NCBI GenBank assembly: GCA_965213625.1
Contig: CBDBZU010000004.1
Span: 1,312,001-1,376,000 of the forward strand
Source: a bacterium
GTDB lineage: Bacteria > UBA8248
Direction: 5' to 3'
DNA length: 64,000 nt
Position numbers and translations under genes: made by a program
The notes under the pieces: model-generated
Told to the model about the DNA's origin: nothing
What the model saw: the letters and a program-made list of their open reading frames with translations, nothing else
Database searches by the model: none
Shown: positions 21,645 to 31,594 of the stretch, piece by piece
Numbering within the stretch: position 1 is the stretch's first letter
How the letters are laid out: every line of letters starts with the position of its first letter

Positions 21645-23747
21645 TCATGCGAGTCCCCCGCTACCGCCGCTCCCTGCGTCGTGCGGGGCCGACACGACCG
21701 TGAGGTTCAGGTTGCCCTGCTCGTCGCTGCGGGCGACCTGTCCGGGTAGCACGACGGTCGTCGAGTCCATCTGCTCGAGGATCGCGGGGCCTTCAAGATC
21801 GGCGCCCCGTGGGAGGCCCTCCCGGGCGTAGATCGGGCAATCGACGAATCCGCCGAGCTCTGCAAAATGCACCCGGCGCCTCCCTCGCTCCGCCGCGCGC
21901 AGGTCGCCGCCCGTCCCGGCGGCGCCCGCGACCGGGGGCGCCGTCACCCGGGCGAGGGCGGTGACGCGAAAGGTGACCAGTTGAACCGGCGCGTCCGGCG
22001 CGTAGCCGTACACTCTTTCGTGCTCGCGCCGGAAAGCGTCGACCAGCGCCGAGAGGTCGTGGTCTGCGAATTCCCGCTCCTGAACCGCCACCGTGATCTC
22101 GTGGCTCTGTCCGACGTAGCGCATGTCGATGGCGCGTTGCACCGTGCGCTCGCCGGGCGCCACCCCCTCCCGGTCGAACCATTCGAGGGCTTGCTGTTCG
22201 ACCTCCGTGAAGGTGACGTTGATGCCGGCGGCGCCGGTTCCCTCGAGATCGGCGATCCGCGTCAGGCTGAAATCCGAGCGCACGTCGGCGACGAGGAGCC
22301 CGAGCGCGCACAGGAGACCCGGTCCGGGCGGCACCATGACCCGGGTCATGCCCAGCTCGCGGGCGAGCGCGGAGGCGAGGAGAGGCCCCGCCCCCCCGAA
22401 CGCCACCAGGGTGAAGCGTCGCGGATCGAAACCCTTCTCCACCGAGATCACGCGTATCGCCTGAACCAGGTTCTCGTTGAGGATGGTGAGCACCGCTTCG
22501 GCCGCCTCCTCGGCACCGAGCCCCATCGGGGCCGCCACCTTGTCGGTGATTGCGCGGTGCGCGAGGTCGGGGCGGAGGCTCATGCGGCCGCCCAGCAGGG
22601 AATCTCCGGAAAGGCGGCCGAGCACGACGTTGGCGTCTGTCACGGTGGGCTCGGTTCCTCCGAGGCCGTAGCAGGCGGGGCCGGGCGCGGCGCCGGCGCT
22701 CCGGGGGCCCACGTGCACGAAGCCGCCCGTGTCCACGCGCGCGATGCTGCCCCCTCCGGCTCCCACCGAATGCACGTCGACCATGGGAAAGCGGATGGGA
22801 TGCCCCCGCACCTCCCGCTCCTTTGCGACGAGCGGCCGGTTGCCTTCGATGAGGCAGACGTCGGTGCTCGTTCCCCCGACGTCGAAGGTGATGACGTCCG
22901 GACACTCGGCTCTTCCGGCGAGAAAGCCCGCGCCGGTGACTCCCGCCGCCGGTCCCGACATGAGGCAGCGGCCCGCCATCGCACCCGCATCCCGAAGCGA
23001 GGCGACGCCGCCGTGGGACTGGAGGATCTTCGGGCTCACGATGCCCAGGGCGCGGGACCGTTCCCCGAGGCGCTCGAGATAGCGGCTCACGACCGGGCCC
23101 AGCGATGCGTTCAGCACGGTGGTCGTGGTCCTCTCATACTCGCGGAACTCGGCCACGACTTCGTGGGATGCGCAGGTGAACGCACCGGGAAGGTGCTCGC
23201 GCACCGCGGCCGCGACGGCGGCCTCGTGGGCCGGATTGTGGTAGCTGTGCAGGAAGCAGACGGCCACCGCCTGCACGCCCTCGCGGCGGAAGTCGTCGAG
23301 GATTCCATCGAGCGCTTCGAGGTCCGGCGGCGCGTCGGAAGGCCCGAGGAGATAGGTGCGCTCCTCGATCTCGCGCCGGAGGTGGCGCGCGACGAGGGGC
23401 GGGGGCTTCGGCATCCGAATGTCGTAGTTGTGGGGTTGGCGCTGGCGGCGGATCTCCAGGATGTCGCGAAACCCTTCAGTGGTGATGAGGCCCGTGACCG
23501 CCGTGTCCCCCGTGATGAGCGCGTTGGTGGCGACCGTCGTTCCGTGGCCGAAGTAGCGGACGTTCCCGGCGCCGGTGGCTGCACGGTCCAATAGCTCCGG
23601 AATGCCGGCCGCAATCGCCCGGGACGGGTCGTCCGGGGTCGAGGGTGTCTTCAGAAACCACGTCTTGCCGTCCGACAGGCGGACGAGTGCGAAGTCGGTG
23701 AACGTCCCGCCGACGTCGACGCCGAGGACGTAACGCTCAGGCACCAC
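21645..23747 (-). CDS. Hydantoinase/oxoprolinase subunit A (HyuA-like)
   Basis: GVDVGGTFTD, HGTTVATNAL, REYERTTT, SGPAAGV, DVGGTSTDV, VGAGGGSI, PGPACYG. Confidence 0.93.
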   Translation of the reverse strand: MVPERYVLGVDVGGTFTDFALVRLSDGKTWFLKTPSTPDDPSRAIAAGIPELLDRAATGAGNVRYFGHGTTVATNALITGDTAVTGLITTEGFRDILEIRRQRQPHNYDIRMPKPPPLVARHLRREIEERTYLLGPSDAPPDLEALDGILDDFRREGVQAVAVCFLHSYHNPAHEAAVAAAVREHLPGAFTCASHEVVAEFREYERTTTTVLNASLGPVVSRYLERLGERSRALGIVSPKILQSHGGVASLRDAGAMAGRCLMSGPAAGVTGAGFLAGRAECPDVITFDVGGTSTDVCLIEGNRPLVAKEREVRGHPIRFPMVDVHSVGAGGGSIARVDTGGFVHVGPRSAGAAPGPACYGLGGTEPTVTDANVVLGRLSGDSLLGGRMSLRPDLAHRAITDKVAAPMGLGAEEAAEAVLTILNENLVQAIRVISVEKGFDPRRFTLVAFGGAGPLLASALARELGMTRVMVPPGPGLLCALGLLVADVRSDFSLTRIADLEGTGAAGINVTFTEVEQQALEWFDREGVAPGERTVQRAIDMRYVGQSHEITVAVQEREFADHDLSALVDAFRREHERVYGYAPDAPVQLVTFRVTALARVTAPPVAGAAGTGGDLRAAERGRRRVHFAELGGFVDCPIYAREGLPRGADLEGPAILEQMDSTTVVLPGQVARSDEQGNLNLTVVSAPHDAGSGGSGGLA

Positions 23748-25482
23748 GGTTCGAATCTTGGCGGGCCTCCCGCAAGGCCGCGGTCCGGGAGGCGTCGACG
23801 CTTCCGCGTACGAGCGCGACGCCGTAGCTCTGCTCCGCCGCGGGTGCGGTCACCTTGCCGGCGGCCACGTCGTTGCGCACCCTCTCCGGTTCGCGTTCCC
23901 ACGGGTCGCCGAAGCCGGCGCCGGACGGGGTGTCGACCCGAACCGTCGTTCCCGCGTCCACCTCGAGCTCCGAGAACGAGCCCGGAAGCTTCGTCTCGCG
24001 GTTTCCGCCCGGGTCCAGAACGAAGACGCCGGGACACCCCGAACTTCCGCCAAACAGCCCGGACGCGCCTCGGGATTGGCGTAGTCCGCGGCCTGCGAGC
24101 CTCGCCCGCTCCGCCCAGATGGTGACTTCGCGTCGCGTCGCGAGGCCGCCGCGATGCCGTCCGGGGCCTCCCGAGTCGGCGATCAGCTCGTAGCGGCCGA
24201 CGGTCAGCGGGAACTCCTGTTCCACGGATTCGATGGGCAGGTTGGCCGCGCCCGAAACGTGGACCCGGACCGCGTCTTTTCCGTCGAGCGCGGAAAGCGC
24301 GCCGGACGCTCCCGCGTAGGTCTCGTAGTCGACGAAGTACTCGTTCCGGCGCGGGTCGACGCCGCTGAAGATAAGCCCGTGGAGCGGACCGCAGCCGGCC
24401 ATCACCCGGTCCGGCGCTGCGTCGGCGAGCGCGCCCAGCAGCAGGTCGCCGAGCACGTTGCCGGTCGCGCCCCGATCCCCGACGGCTGCGGGGGGGCGGC
24501 AGTTGAGGACCGTGCCTTCCGGCGCGGTGACGCTGATGGCGCGGAAGTACCCGGAGTTGGGCGGCAGCGCCGGGTCCGTCACCGCCTTGACCGCGTAGTA
24601 GACGCCGGACAGGGTGGCCGCGAGCGGCATGTTCCGGGCCCCTGCGATCTGTCCGTCGGTGCCCGTGAAGTCGAAGTGAATGCTATCGGCGCGAATGGTG
24701 ATCTTGACGCGGAGGCGAACGATGCCGTCGGCCACGCCGTCGTTGTCGACCACTTCTTCGTTCTCGTAGGTTCCATCCGGCAGCCTCGCGATCTCGGCGC
24801 GCGTGCGCGACTCGGCGTAGTCGAGGAGCGCTCTCGCGCCCCGGTGCACGCTATCGGCTCCGAAGCGGGCAAAGCACTCCTGCACCCGGCGAACCCCGGT
24901 GGCGTTGGTCGCGATCTGGGCCCGCAGGTCGCCCTCGCGCTCGCGCGGGGTGCGCGAGTTGAGGAGCACGAACGCAAGCATGTCGGTGGACAGCTCCCCC
25001 TCGTCCAGCAGCTTGACGGGAGGGATTCGCAGCCCTTCCTGGAAGATGCTCGTGCAGTCGGCGCTCTCGCTCCCCGCCACCTTGCCGCCGATGTCGGAGT
25101 GGTGGGCGATGTTGGCGACGAACGCGACCGGCCGGCCATCGAAGAAGACGGGGCTTGCGAGCGTCAGGTCCGGCAGGTGCGAGCCGCCTCCCACGTACGG
25201 ATCGTTCGTGAGGAAGCCGTCGCCGGGGCGAAAGCGGTCGAGGGGGTAACGCCGGGTGATGTTCTCCACGAGGCCGAGGAGCGAGCTCAGGTGAAGGGGG
25301 GCGATGGCGGTCAGGGCGAGGAGGTTGCCCGCGGTGTCGAAGATCGCGACCGAGCAGTCACGCCGCTCCTTGATGTTCGGGGAATACGCGGTCTTGACGA
25401 GGGTGGCCATCATTTCGTCGGCCGCGGCGGCGAAGCGGTGCGCGATGACCTCGGAGGTGATTCGGTCGCAGCCTGGATCCAT
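23737..25482 (-). CDS. Hydantoinase B/oxoprolinase (HyuB-like)
   Basis: AYSPNIKERRDCS, NDPYVGGGSHLPD, HHSDIGG, IFQEGLRIPP, DSGGPGRHRGG; GGGAG RBS before ATG at 25482. Confidence 0.93.
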   Translation of the reverse strand: MDPGCDRITSEVIAHRFAAAADEMMATLVKTAYSPNIKERRDCSVAIFDTAGNLLALTAIAPLHLSSLLGLVENITRRYPLDRFRPGDGFLTNDPYVGGGSHLPDLTLASPVFFDGRPVAFVANIAHHSDIGGKVAGSESADCTSIFQEGLRIPPVKLLDEGELSTDMLAFVLLNSRTPREREGDLRAQIATNATGVRRVQECFARFGADSVHRGARALLDYAESRTRAEIARLPDGTYENEEVVDNDGVADGIVRLRVKITIRADSIHFDFTGTDGQIAGARNMPLAATLSGVYYAVKAVTDPALPPNSGYFRAISVTAPEGTVLNCRPPAAVGDRGATGNVLGDLLLGALADAAPDRVMAGCGPLHGLIFSGVDPRRNEYFVDYETYAGASGALSALDGKDAVRVHVSGAANLPIESVEQEFPLTVGRYELIADSGGPGRHRGGLATRREVTIWAERARLAGRGLRQSRGASGLFGGSSGCPGVFVLDPGGNRETKLPGSFSELEVDAGTTVRVDTPSGAGFGDPWEREPERVRNDVAAGKVTAPAAEQSYGVALVRGSVDASRTAALREARQDSNRGA

Positions 25483-25761
25483 GGGCACTCCCCGACGCGT
25501 TACTGTCAGAAGTGGTGTATGAGCTGAATTGAAGAAGGCGGCGCATCCTGCTGAAACAGGGATGTCCAAAGCCCGGTCATTCAGCACACAGGAGATGCTC
25601 CACCATGAGAGAAGATACGACGATTTCTTCCCGGAAGCCAGCCCTACGGGATGAGTTGAGCGCGCTGGTGCGCGAGGGGGCATTCAAGGAGGAGCGAAAG
25701 GGATGCTCGTCATTGCCAAGCGTGAGACACCGAAGAAGCAGCGAAATTTTTCATGTGAAAA

Positions 25762-25870
25762 AGGGCAGGATCGCTGGCTTGCTCAGAAGTGATGAAAAAC
25801 AATTTAATGCAAATAATAATTTCTGAAAATATCGATAAAATTAGATAAATTCACGGGGTTTTTCGATAAA
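25762..25870. repeat. AT-rich repeat of about 110 bp, copy 1 (inverted copy at about 29661-29770)
   Basis: Exact 27-mer 25844-25870 is the reverse complement of 29666-29692; exact 16-mer 25800-25815 is the reverse complement of 29714-29729. Confidence 0.85.
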
Positions 25871-26213
25871 AAACTGAAAATTTATTTTGTGGGATAAGGC
25901 GCCGGGGCACTCAAACGCAGGGGAATTCTGCCACAGCCTGGGACTTCCGCAATCACGGCAAATGCGGGGAATTGCGGAGGTATTTTCTGTTGTCGCCATT
26001 ATTTCAGGCTTCGGAAGCGTTCATCCGGGTTCCGGATTGACATATTGTCAGACCCGTACTGATTTCTTCCGAAAAATAGTCAAAGCGTGAGGCCATGCCA
26101 AGGAAGTGGGAAGGCGTTTTGCCGAAGCCTTACGCGCTGAGCAGGTATTTTATCTCGTTGTAATCATATAGGTTATGCGTATAAACGATTATTCGGCGGA
26201 GAATGCTCCATTC

Positions 26214-26229
26214 TGGCACGATTCGTGCA
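26214..26229 (+). promoter_or_regulatory. Putative sigma54 (-24/-12) promoter
   Basis: TGGCAC-GATTC-GTGCA matches TGGCAC-N5-TTGCW with one mismatch and correct GG..GC spacing. Confidence 0.55.
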
Positions 26230-26239
26230 TATTTTAAGG

Positions 26240-26419
26240 GTGTGAACCATTAGCCCTCAATGGGCGCCTTTTATAGAGGAGCCTTTTCTCCCCGGTGATC
26301 AGTTGAAGGGTCCCCCGATACTGTTTCACTGACATCTCGCCGAATGATTCGCCTTAGACACAGGCGGATTCCTTCCAAAATGGGGCATGTCCTCCGGGGC
26401 GTGCCCCTAGTCTTTATTT
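26240..26419 (+). ncRNA. Candidate small RNA of about 170-180 nt
   Basis: Lies between the sigma54 motif and a + strand hairpin with a U-rich tail; several internal stems; no credible ORF. Confidence 0.3.
26382..26419 (+). terminator. Hairpin terminator
   Basis: GGGGCATGTCC-TCCG-GGGCGTGCCCC followed by TAGTCTTTATTT; the G-U wobble pairs form only on the + strand. Confidence 0.5.
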
Positions 26420-26998
26420 ATCAAGTAGTTGTTCGAGCAAGGCGGGCGCTTCGAGGAGCGTTGGGAGGGTTAAATCGCTGGGAATCGAGGAGCATTCCGC
26501 CAGGTGGACCGACAACATGCCGGCCGTTTTGGCCGCCATCATGTCGTATTTCCCGTCACCGATGACGACGCATTTACCGGGCGATACGCCGATCGCCTCG
26601 GCGCCCGCGAACATGGGCCTCGGGTCAGGCTTCCAGTAGCCGATATCCCGGGTGATCAGGATTTCTAGCGAGATGTTTATTTTTTTCACCATTGTCAGAA
26701 CGTGCCGCTCCGCGTTGTTCGTCACGACGCCGAAGGGAATTTTTCTGGTTCTCAAGTAGGCGAGCAATTCGTGCGCGCCATCGTTGGCTTCCGCCATGTC
26801 GGCGGCCTTAAGTTCATGTTTTTCAAGGATATCTGATATTTCATGCGCGCGTTTGGCAGAGAGCGTGGGGAGAAGATCCAGTATGGATACGTCCCCATCG
26901 ACCAATCCCATCTCCTCTTTCATGGCGGGCCAGTCAAAGGCGGGTTTTGTGAGCGTACCGTCAAAATCAAGCAATACGCCCTCCAAGGCTCGTTTCAT
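26414..26998 (-). CDS. HAD-superfamily hydrolase (phosphoglycolate phosphatase-like)
   Basis: Motif I LLDFDGTL, VVTNN, KPDP, IGDGKYD. Confidence 0.9.
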   Translation of the reverse strand: MKRALEGVLLDFDGTLTKPAFDWPAMKEEMGLVDGDVSILDLLPTLSAKRAHEISDILEKHELKAADMAEANDGAHELLAYLRTRKIPFGVVTNNAERHVLTMVKKINISLEILITRDIGYWKPDPRPMFAGAEAIGVSPGKCVVIGDGKYDMMAAKTAGMLSVHLAECSSIPSDLTLPTLLEAPALLEQLLDK

Positions 26999-27008
26999 AT
27001 TTGCTTCC

Positions 27009-28022
27009 TCACAGCACTTTTGAAATTTCATCGGAATCGAAACGCTTAAGCGGATAGGTTTTCCCGCCGCGCCCAATCATCACCCCAAATTCAGGCGCGC
27101 ATAATCTGCCGATGCAGACACCCATTGCGCCGGTCGTCATGAGTGCTTCTCGCACGATTTCTTCTCCTTCCGCCGGAACCGCCAATAAAAGCGCTCCCGA
27201 CGTAATGACACCTAAAGGGTTTAGATTCAATGCTTTGCAAATCTTTTCCCCTTCAACGGAGATGGGAATGCGGTCTTCTTCTACGAGTGCCCCCAAACCA
27301 GCAGCTTCCGCCATTTCATGGACGCCGGTGGCGAGCCCACCCTCGGTCGGGTCGTGCATGGCGTGTACCTGGCCCGTGCCGGCCGCCGCCAGAGCTTGCG
27401 CCACTACGCTGATACCGGGAGATTCTAGGTATCTTTTCGCGTTCTCCAGAATCTCGACATCCATAATGTTTTTCAGAAAATCATATTTTGCACCCGCCAG
27501 GATCGCCGTACCTTCAACAGGTATCGCCCGCGTAAGTAGAATTAAATCATCTGCTTGCGCGTCGGCACCACGAATCAGGTTCTCCCTGGAAACTTCACCC
27601 AGCATGTGGCCCGAAAGAATCGGAAATTCCAGTCCCGATGTAATCTCCGTATGACCGCCGCATAAGGTGATTTCCAAATCGGCGCAAGTATCTCCCACTT
27701 CTTTCCAAATACAGCTTACCATCGCCTCATCAGCGCGTCCTTCCGGCAGAAGCAGGGTCATCAGAAACCACAAAGGAGTAGCGCCCATGCAAGCGATATC
27801 GTTTGCGTTCACATGTACGGCATAGCGTCCGATATGATGCTCCACGAACGTGATGGGGTCTGATTTCGCGACGAGAAAGCGTTCTCCCATATCGATGACG
27901 GCCGCGTCTTCTCCAACCTGTGGACCCACTACGAGACGCGGGTGCGAACTCGTGTTCTTGAGGAGGGTATCCAGTACATCCGGCGGAAGCTTGCCTACTG
28001 GAAATGAAGGATGTTTTACCAT
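27009..28022 (-). CDS. AIR synthase-related (PurM/HypE/ThiL fold) protein; start uncertain
   Basis: GKLPP, GEDAAV, KSDPIT, NANDIA, GGHTE, AMHDPTEGG. Confidence 0.85.
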   Translation of the reverse strand: MVKHPSFPVGKLPPDVLDTLLKNTSSHPRLVVGPQVGEDAAVIDMGERFLVAKSDPITFVEHHIGRYAVHVNANDIACMGATPLWFLMTLLLPEGRADEAMVSCIWKEVGDTCADLEITLCGGHTEITSGLEFPILSGHMLGEVSRENLIRGADAQADDLILLTRAIPVEGTAILAGAKYDFLKNIMDVEILENAKRYLESPGISVVAQALAAAGTGQVHAMHDPTEGGLATGVHEMAEAAGLGALVEEDRIPISVEGEKICKALNLNPLGVITSGALLLAVPAEGEEIVREALMTTGAMGVCIGRLCAPEFGVMIGRGGKTYPLKRFDSDEISKVL

Positions 28023-28202
28023 TTCATAACCATAGGGAGGAGTCTTTATAACATCAAGAGCACAAGGCGTTTTCATGTTGACGCCCGGGTTGGAGCGTTT
28101 TAGAATCCCGACTTCCTGATAAAGGTATGGAAACACTTGCCTTTTCGGGAAATGAGCCGATAAGGTACAACCCTTGGTTGTCCGTTGATTGCTTCACATA
28201 CT

Positions 28203-28278
<76 letters not shown>

Positions 28279-28296
28279 GAAATTCTCCAGTTCGCG

Positions 28297-28860
28297 TCAA
28301 TTTGTATCCGTAATGCCTTCCAAATCAATGCTTTTTCCGTTTAACTCAACCGTGCTCGCCAATGGAACCGCCGTCTGGATCATTTGCTCGGCATAGCAGC
28401 CTTGTTTCGCCAGTCGAATGATGTTCAGAATCTTTTCTTCTGTCTCGCTCGATTCCACCTTGAAGTGCGTGCGTACCCCTCGGCATCCTGAGTTCACGTC
28501 GCCTCTCAGGACGGAACCTTTCAGAAAATAATCGAATTCCACGCGGCAGGTGGCCTTCTCGAAGGTCGTTTTCGTCATATGGGCGTACCGCCCAAGCTGG
28601 GTCAACAGTCAGAACCCGACCCCCATGGCGATGTATGTGAGAGGCTGCGGATACCTGTCCTCTCCGCCGATGCGGGGCGGTTCGTCGCTGAGTACTTCAA
28701 AATGCCGGAAGCGTCCGATTTTGAGCTGCCCATCGTCCATCGTTTCCGTCTCTGCGAGCATTGTGATCTCATACCCGTCTTTTGGAAGTTCAGGCTTGTC
28801 GATCGGCCGCTCGCCGGGCGCGGTGCTCTCATGCCAAGGATAATTGATGCTTTCCACCAT
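28297..28860 (-). CDS. OsmC/Ohr-like protein, probable selenoprotein (in-frame TGA at 28609-28611)
   Basis: ORFs 28609-28860 and 28297-28605 share a frame: SDEPPRIGGEDRYPQPLTYIAMGVGF-TGA-LLTQLGRYA...AKQGCYAE; the TGA is at the first catalytic Cys position; a hairpin follows. Confidence 0.75.
28580..28594 (-). promoter_or_regulatory. Putative bacterial SECIS hairpin
   Basis: On the - strand, TGGGCG-GTA-CGCCCA begins 14 nt after the in-frame TGA, with G in the apical loop. Confidence 0.55.
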
Positions 28861-28909
28861 CTTGGAATGTCCTCCTGGGATTGGATGAAAATGATTGTTT
28901 ATATGAGTA

Positions 28910-29581
28910 TTACTCCCATTTCAACACACGCAGGTAGCCCTCTTGCGGAATCTGGACGAGCGGTTCCAGACGTTCCTCTTTTTTGTGCATCTGTATGGTT
29001 TTGAGATGCGCATACGCCTCCCAGAGCATGTGGCGGAACGTGTATTCCAGGTTGAAATGAAACAACTCCGCGTCCTCGGGGTCGATCCACACGCCGGTGC
29101 GGTGGGCTTTGAGGGTGACGCTTTCGCGCCATTCGCGGACATTCTCGCCGGTTCCGGGCCGTATCTTGCCGTGCGGAACACGCTCGGATATCTTCCTCTC
29201 ATCGCAAATCGACTCGGTCGTCTCCGTTCCCAACACCTCCCAGGCGAGGGCGAACGAATCCCGCATTGCGCCGATAAGGTCTTGAATTTGCGGGCAAAAC
29301 TCGTCTTTCATCATTCGCCCATCGAAGCGTTCGAGCAACTCCTTATCGCGCGGGAGCGCATCGCCGAAGAGAATCGCACCCCAGCGAACGAGCAGCCACC
29401 GGTAGGGCAGCGAAGCCACGTGGCTCACCTGATCCTGAATCGACCACAGACCCCAACTTTTCTCCTCTCTTGTTTTCCGCAACACATCCTCGGGGAGGCC
29501 GCGCGTTTCTTTATCATATAAATCAACTACTTGCGGGAATTCCGGGAAAAGATCGCGCGCCGCATTTCCTCGCATTTGCAT
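28910..29581 (-). CDS. DinB/YfiT-like four-helix protein
   Basis: WSIQDQVSH and C-terminal RHMLWEAYAHL His pattern; GGAGGA RBS. Confidence 0.6.
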   Translation of the reverse strand: MQMRGNAARDLFPEFPQVVDLYDKETRGLPEDVLRKTREEKSWGLWSIQDQVSHVASLPYRWLLVRWGAILFGDALPRDKELLERFDGRMMKDEFCPQIQDLIGAMRDSFALAWEVLGTETTESICDERKISERVPHGKIRPGTGENVREWRESVTLKAHRTGVWIDPEDAELFHFNLEYTFRHMLWEAYAHLKTIQMHKKEERLEPLVQIPQEGYLRVLKWE

Positions 29582-29659
29582 GTTCTGGATTCCTCCGCAC
29601 CGATATAGAATCAGTCGCATACCCGGCCTGAATCGGGCCTATAAATTATCAGAAAACAT

Positions 29660-29770
29660 CGTGAATTTATCGAAAAACCCCGTGAATTTATCGATATTTA
29701 CGGAAAATATGACTATTTGCATTAAATTGCATTTCATCATTTCTGAATAAGCCCGGCGATTCTCCCATTC
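29660..29770. repeat. AT-rich repeat, copy 2, with tandem 14-mer CGTGAATTTATCGA at 21-bp period
   Basis: 14-mers at 29660-29673 and 29681-29694; inverted homolog of 25762-25870; upstream of the DinB-like gene. Confidence 0.8.
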
Positions 29771-30193
29771 GCTCTTCCTCGAAGACCTCCGGAAATCACC
29801 CTGTGATTGCGTCGCTACGCGCGAGACGCACCATACCGAATTCTGGTATTTCTCGCCCTCCGCACATTCAGGAAATACGCCCCTTCGCCATATTCCCGAG
29901 CGTCCGTCTCGAACGATTCCGTGCCACGCCACCAAAGCCAAGTTCTCATTGCTTGCCCGCGCTCGCGCCCATGCATTCAGGCAAGTAATCCCGAAACCCG
30001 ACTCGGGAATTATATTCGAGAATGAATGTAAAGCGCAGCCTCCTTGTAGCTCTCTTTGGCCAGAGGAAAGATTGGTTATCCGTCATAAATGCGCTTCCAC
30101 CCGATGTCACCGTCGTCTATCCTGATCATCGTCATTCCGGCAATTCCCGAGCCGGAGCAGATCTGTTTCCAATCCCCGTTACTGGAGGACTTC

Positions 30194-31594
30194 TTACGTC
30201 GGGGCGTGTTGAAACACCTTGATGATCCTCAGGCTGCGAGGCTTCCGCATACCGTTGTTACGGATGAGTGGTAGCGAGATCACGGCATGCCTCTCTCCCC
30301 GCGGAATCGTTGCGGTGATGATTTCGTCATGGAAATCCACGCCCGGGACGGCGGGGTTGGCGCCGCTTCCGGGCGCGAGGCGCACCCACACCCGGATGTC
30401 CTCGGGCGCTTCGACCGGAAGCGAGAGCCTCACCTGGAGCGCCTTGCCGCTGACGATGCTGTTTTGCAGGGGCCGGATGCTTACTCGATTCGTCAGAGTG
30501 GAAGTTTCGATTCGTCTTGCGACCTTGATGCGGCCGATTTTATCGACGGGCCGCCAGAGATTGAATACACTCGGGACCCCATTTTTTGGCAACACCCCAA
30601 AGCCTTCCCAGCGGGGCTTCGGCTTCGGCGGACCCCCGATTGGAACGGAGACTTTTGCCAGAAACGACGACGAGTCCTTGCCGCCGCGTATACCATCTTG
30701 ACCGGCGGAGAAACTCAGCCAGGGGTGGGGGCGCCAGTCGACGCCGAGGCTGGCACCTTCCTTCCAATCGCCTGTTCCGTCTTCGGCCTGCCGGCGGTAG
30801 GCGGTCAGATTCGCGCGAACGGTCGTCGTCAACTTGAGATTCAAGCCGAGTTCCACCCCCTCGAGAGCGCGCTCCTCAAACCCGGGGTCTGTGGGACGCC
30901 AACTCGTGGCGGGCAGGAAATACGTAAACGACCCCGTTCCCCAGCGTCCTGAGTAGTCCACCCGGGACGTCAGAACCTGGTGTCCCCACTGCGCGTTGTT
31001 CAGAGAGAACGCGGACAACCCGACGACGTCCGCGTCCGACTCATCGGTAAGACGAAATCGATACCCCACGCCGAAACGCAAGTCGTCGCGGGAATCTCCC
31101 TCGGAGTCCCGCCACCGGGTGACGCCCTGCTGCAGGTACAACGAAAAACGGGTGCGGTGATCTTTTTCGGTAAACGCGAGCGGAATCACGATGTCGAGAT
31201 CGTTCACAAAACCTGTCCCGTTCTTATAAGAGAGATCGCCGAAAAACTGGAAATCCTCCCCGAACGCTTCCTTTCCGAATACATTTGCGGAGTCCATGCC
31301 TTTTCTCAGCATCAGATTCAGGCCGCTATCGAGAAGGCAGTTCGTCCCGCTCGATAGAACGCCTTCGAAAGCCGTCATGCAATTGCCCGCGGTGCTCAGG
31401 GAGTCTTCCAGAAACCAATCGAAAGCATCGGCTTTCATGGGAGAAAAGACGAAAACGAGGGCTGTCGCGAACGTGAGAGTACGTGAAATTTTCAGAACGG
31501 CGCGGCTCGCCATAACGAGGAGAGAAAGAGAAAAACCGGATGAGATGCCATCCAGGCGCAATCGTGTTCGAATGTATCGCTCCGCTTTCATCAT
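30194..31594 (-). CDS. Inverse autotransporter (intimin/invasin-like) beta-domain protein with short Calx-beta-like tail; start uncertain
   Basis: Signal-like N-terminus ending MKADA, beta strands (DLDIVIPL, LRFGVGYRF, EERALEGVELG), LWRPV motif, C-terminal AVPGVDF..ATIPRGE. Confidence 0.55.
   Translation of the reverse strand: MMKAERYIRTRLRLDGISSGFSLSLLVMASRAVLKISRTLTFATALVFVFSPMKADAFDWFLEDSLSTAGNCMTAFEGVLSSGTNCLLDSGLNLMLRKGMDSANVFGKEAFGEDFQFFGDLSYKNGTGFVNDLDIVIPLAFTEKDHRTRFSLYLQQGVTRWRDSEGDSRDDLRFGVGYRFRLTDESDADVVGLSAFSLNNAQWGHQVLTSRVDYSGRWGTGSFTYFLPATSWRPTDPGFEERALEGVELGLNLKLTTTVRANLTAYRRQAEDGTGDWKEGASLGVDWRPHPWLSFSAGQDGIRGGKDSSSFLAKVSVPIGGPPKPKPRWEGFGVLPKNGVPSVFNLWRPVDKIGRIKVARRIETSTLTNRVSIRPLQNSIVSGKALQVRLSLPVEAPEDIRVWVRLAPGSGANPAVPGVDFHDEIITATIPRGERHAVISLPLIRNNGMRKPRSLRIIKVFQHAPT

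Noticed and set aside
27009-28022. Selenophosphate synthetase (selD) next to the putative selenoprotein
   Set aside because: Same PurM-like fold, but the N-terminal G-(C/U)-x-x-K SelD motif is missing; the motifs fit generic AIR-synthase-related proteins.
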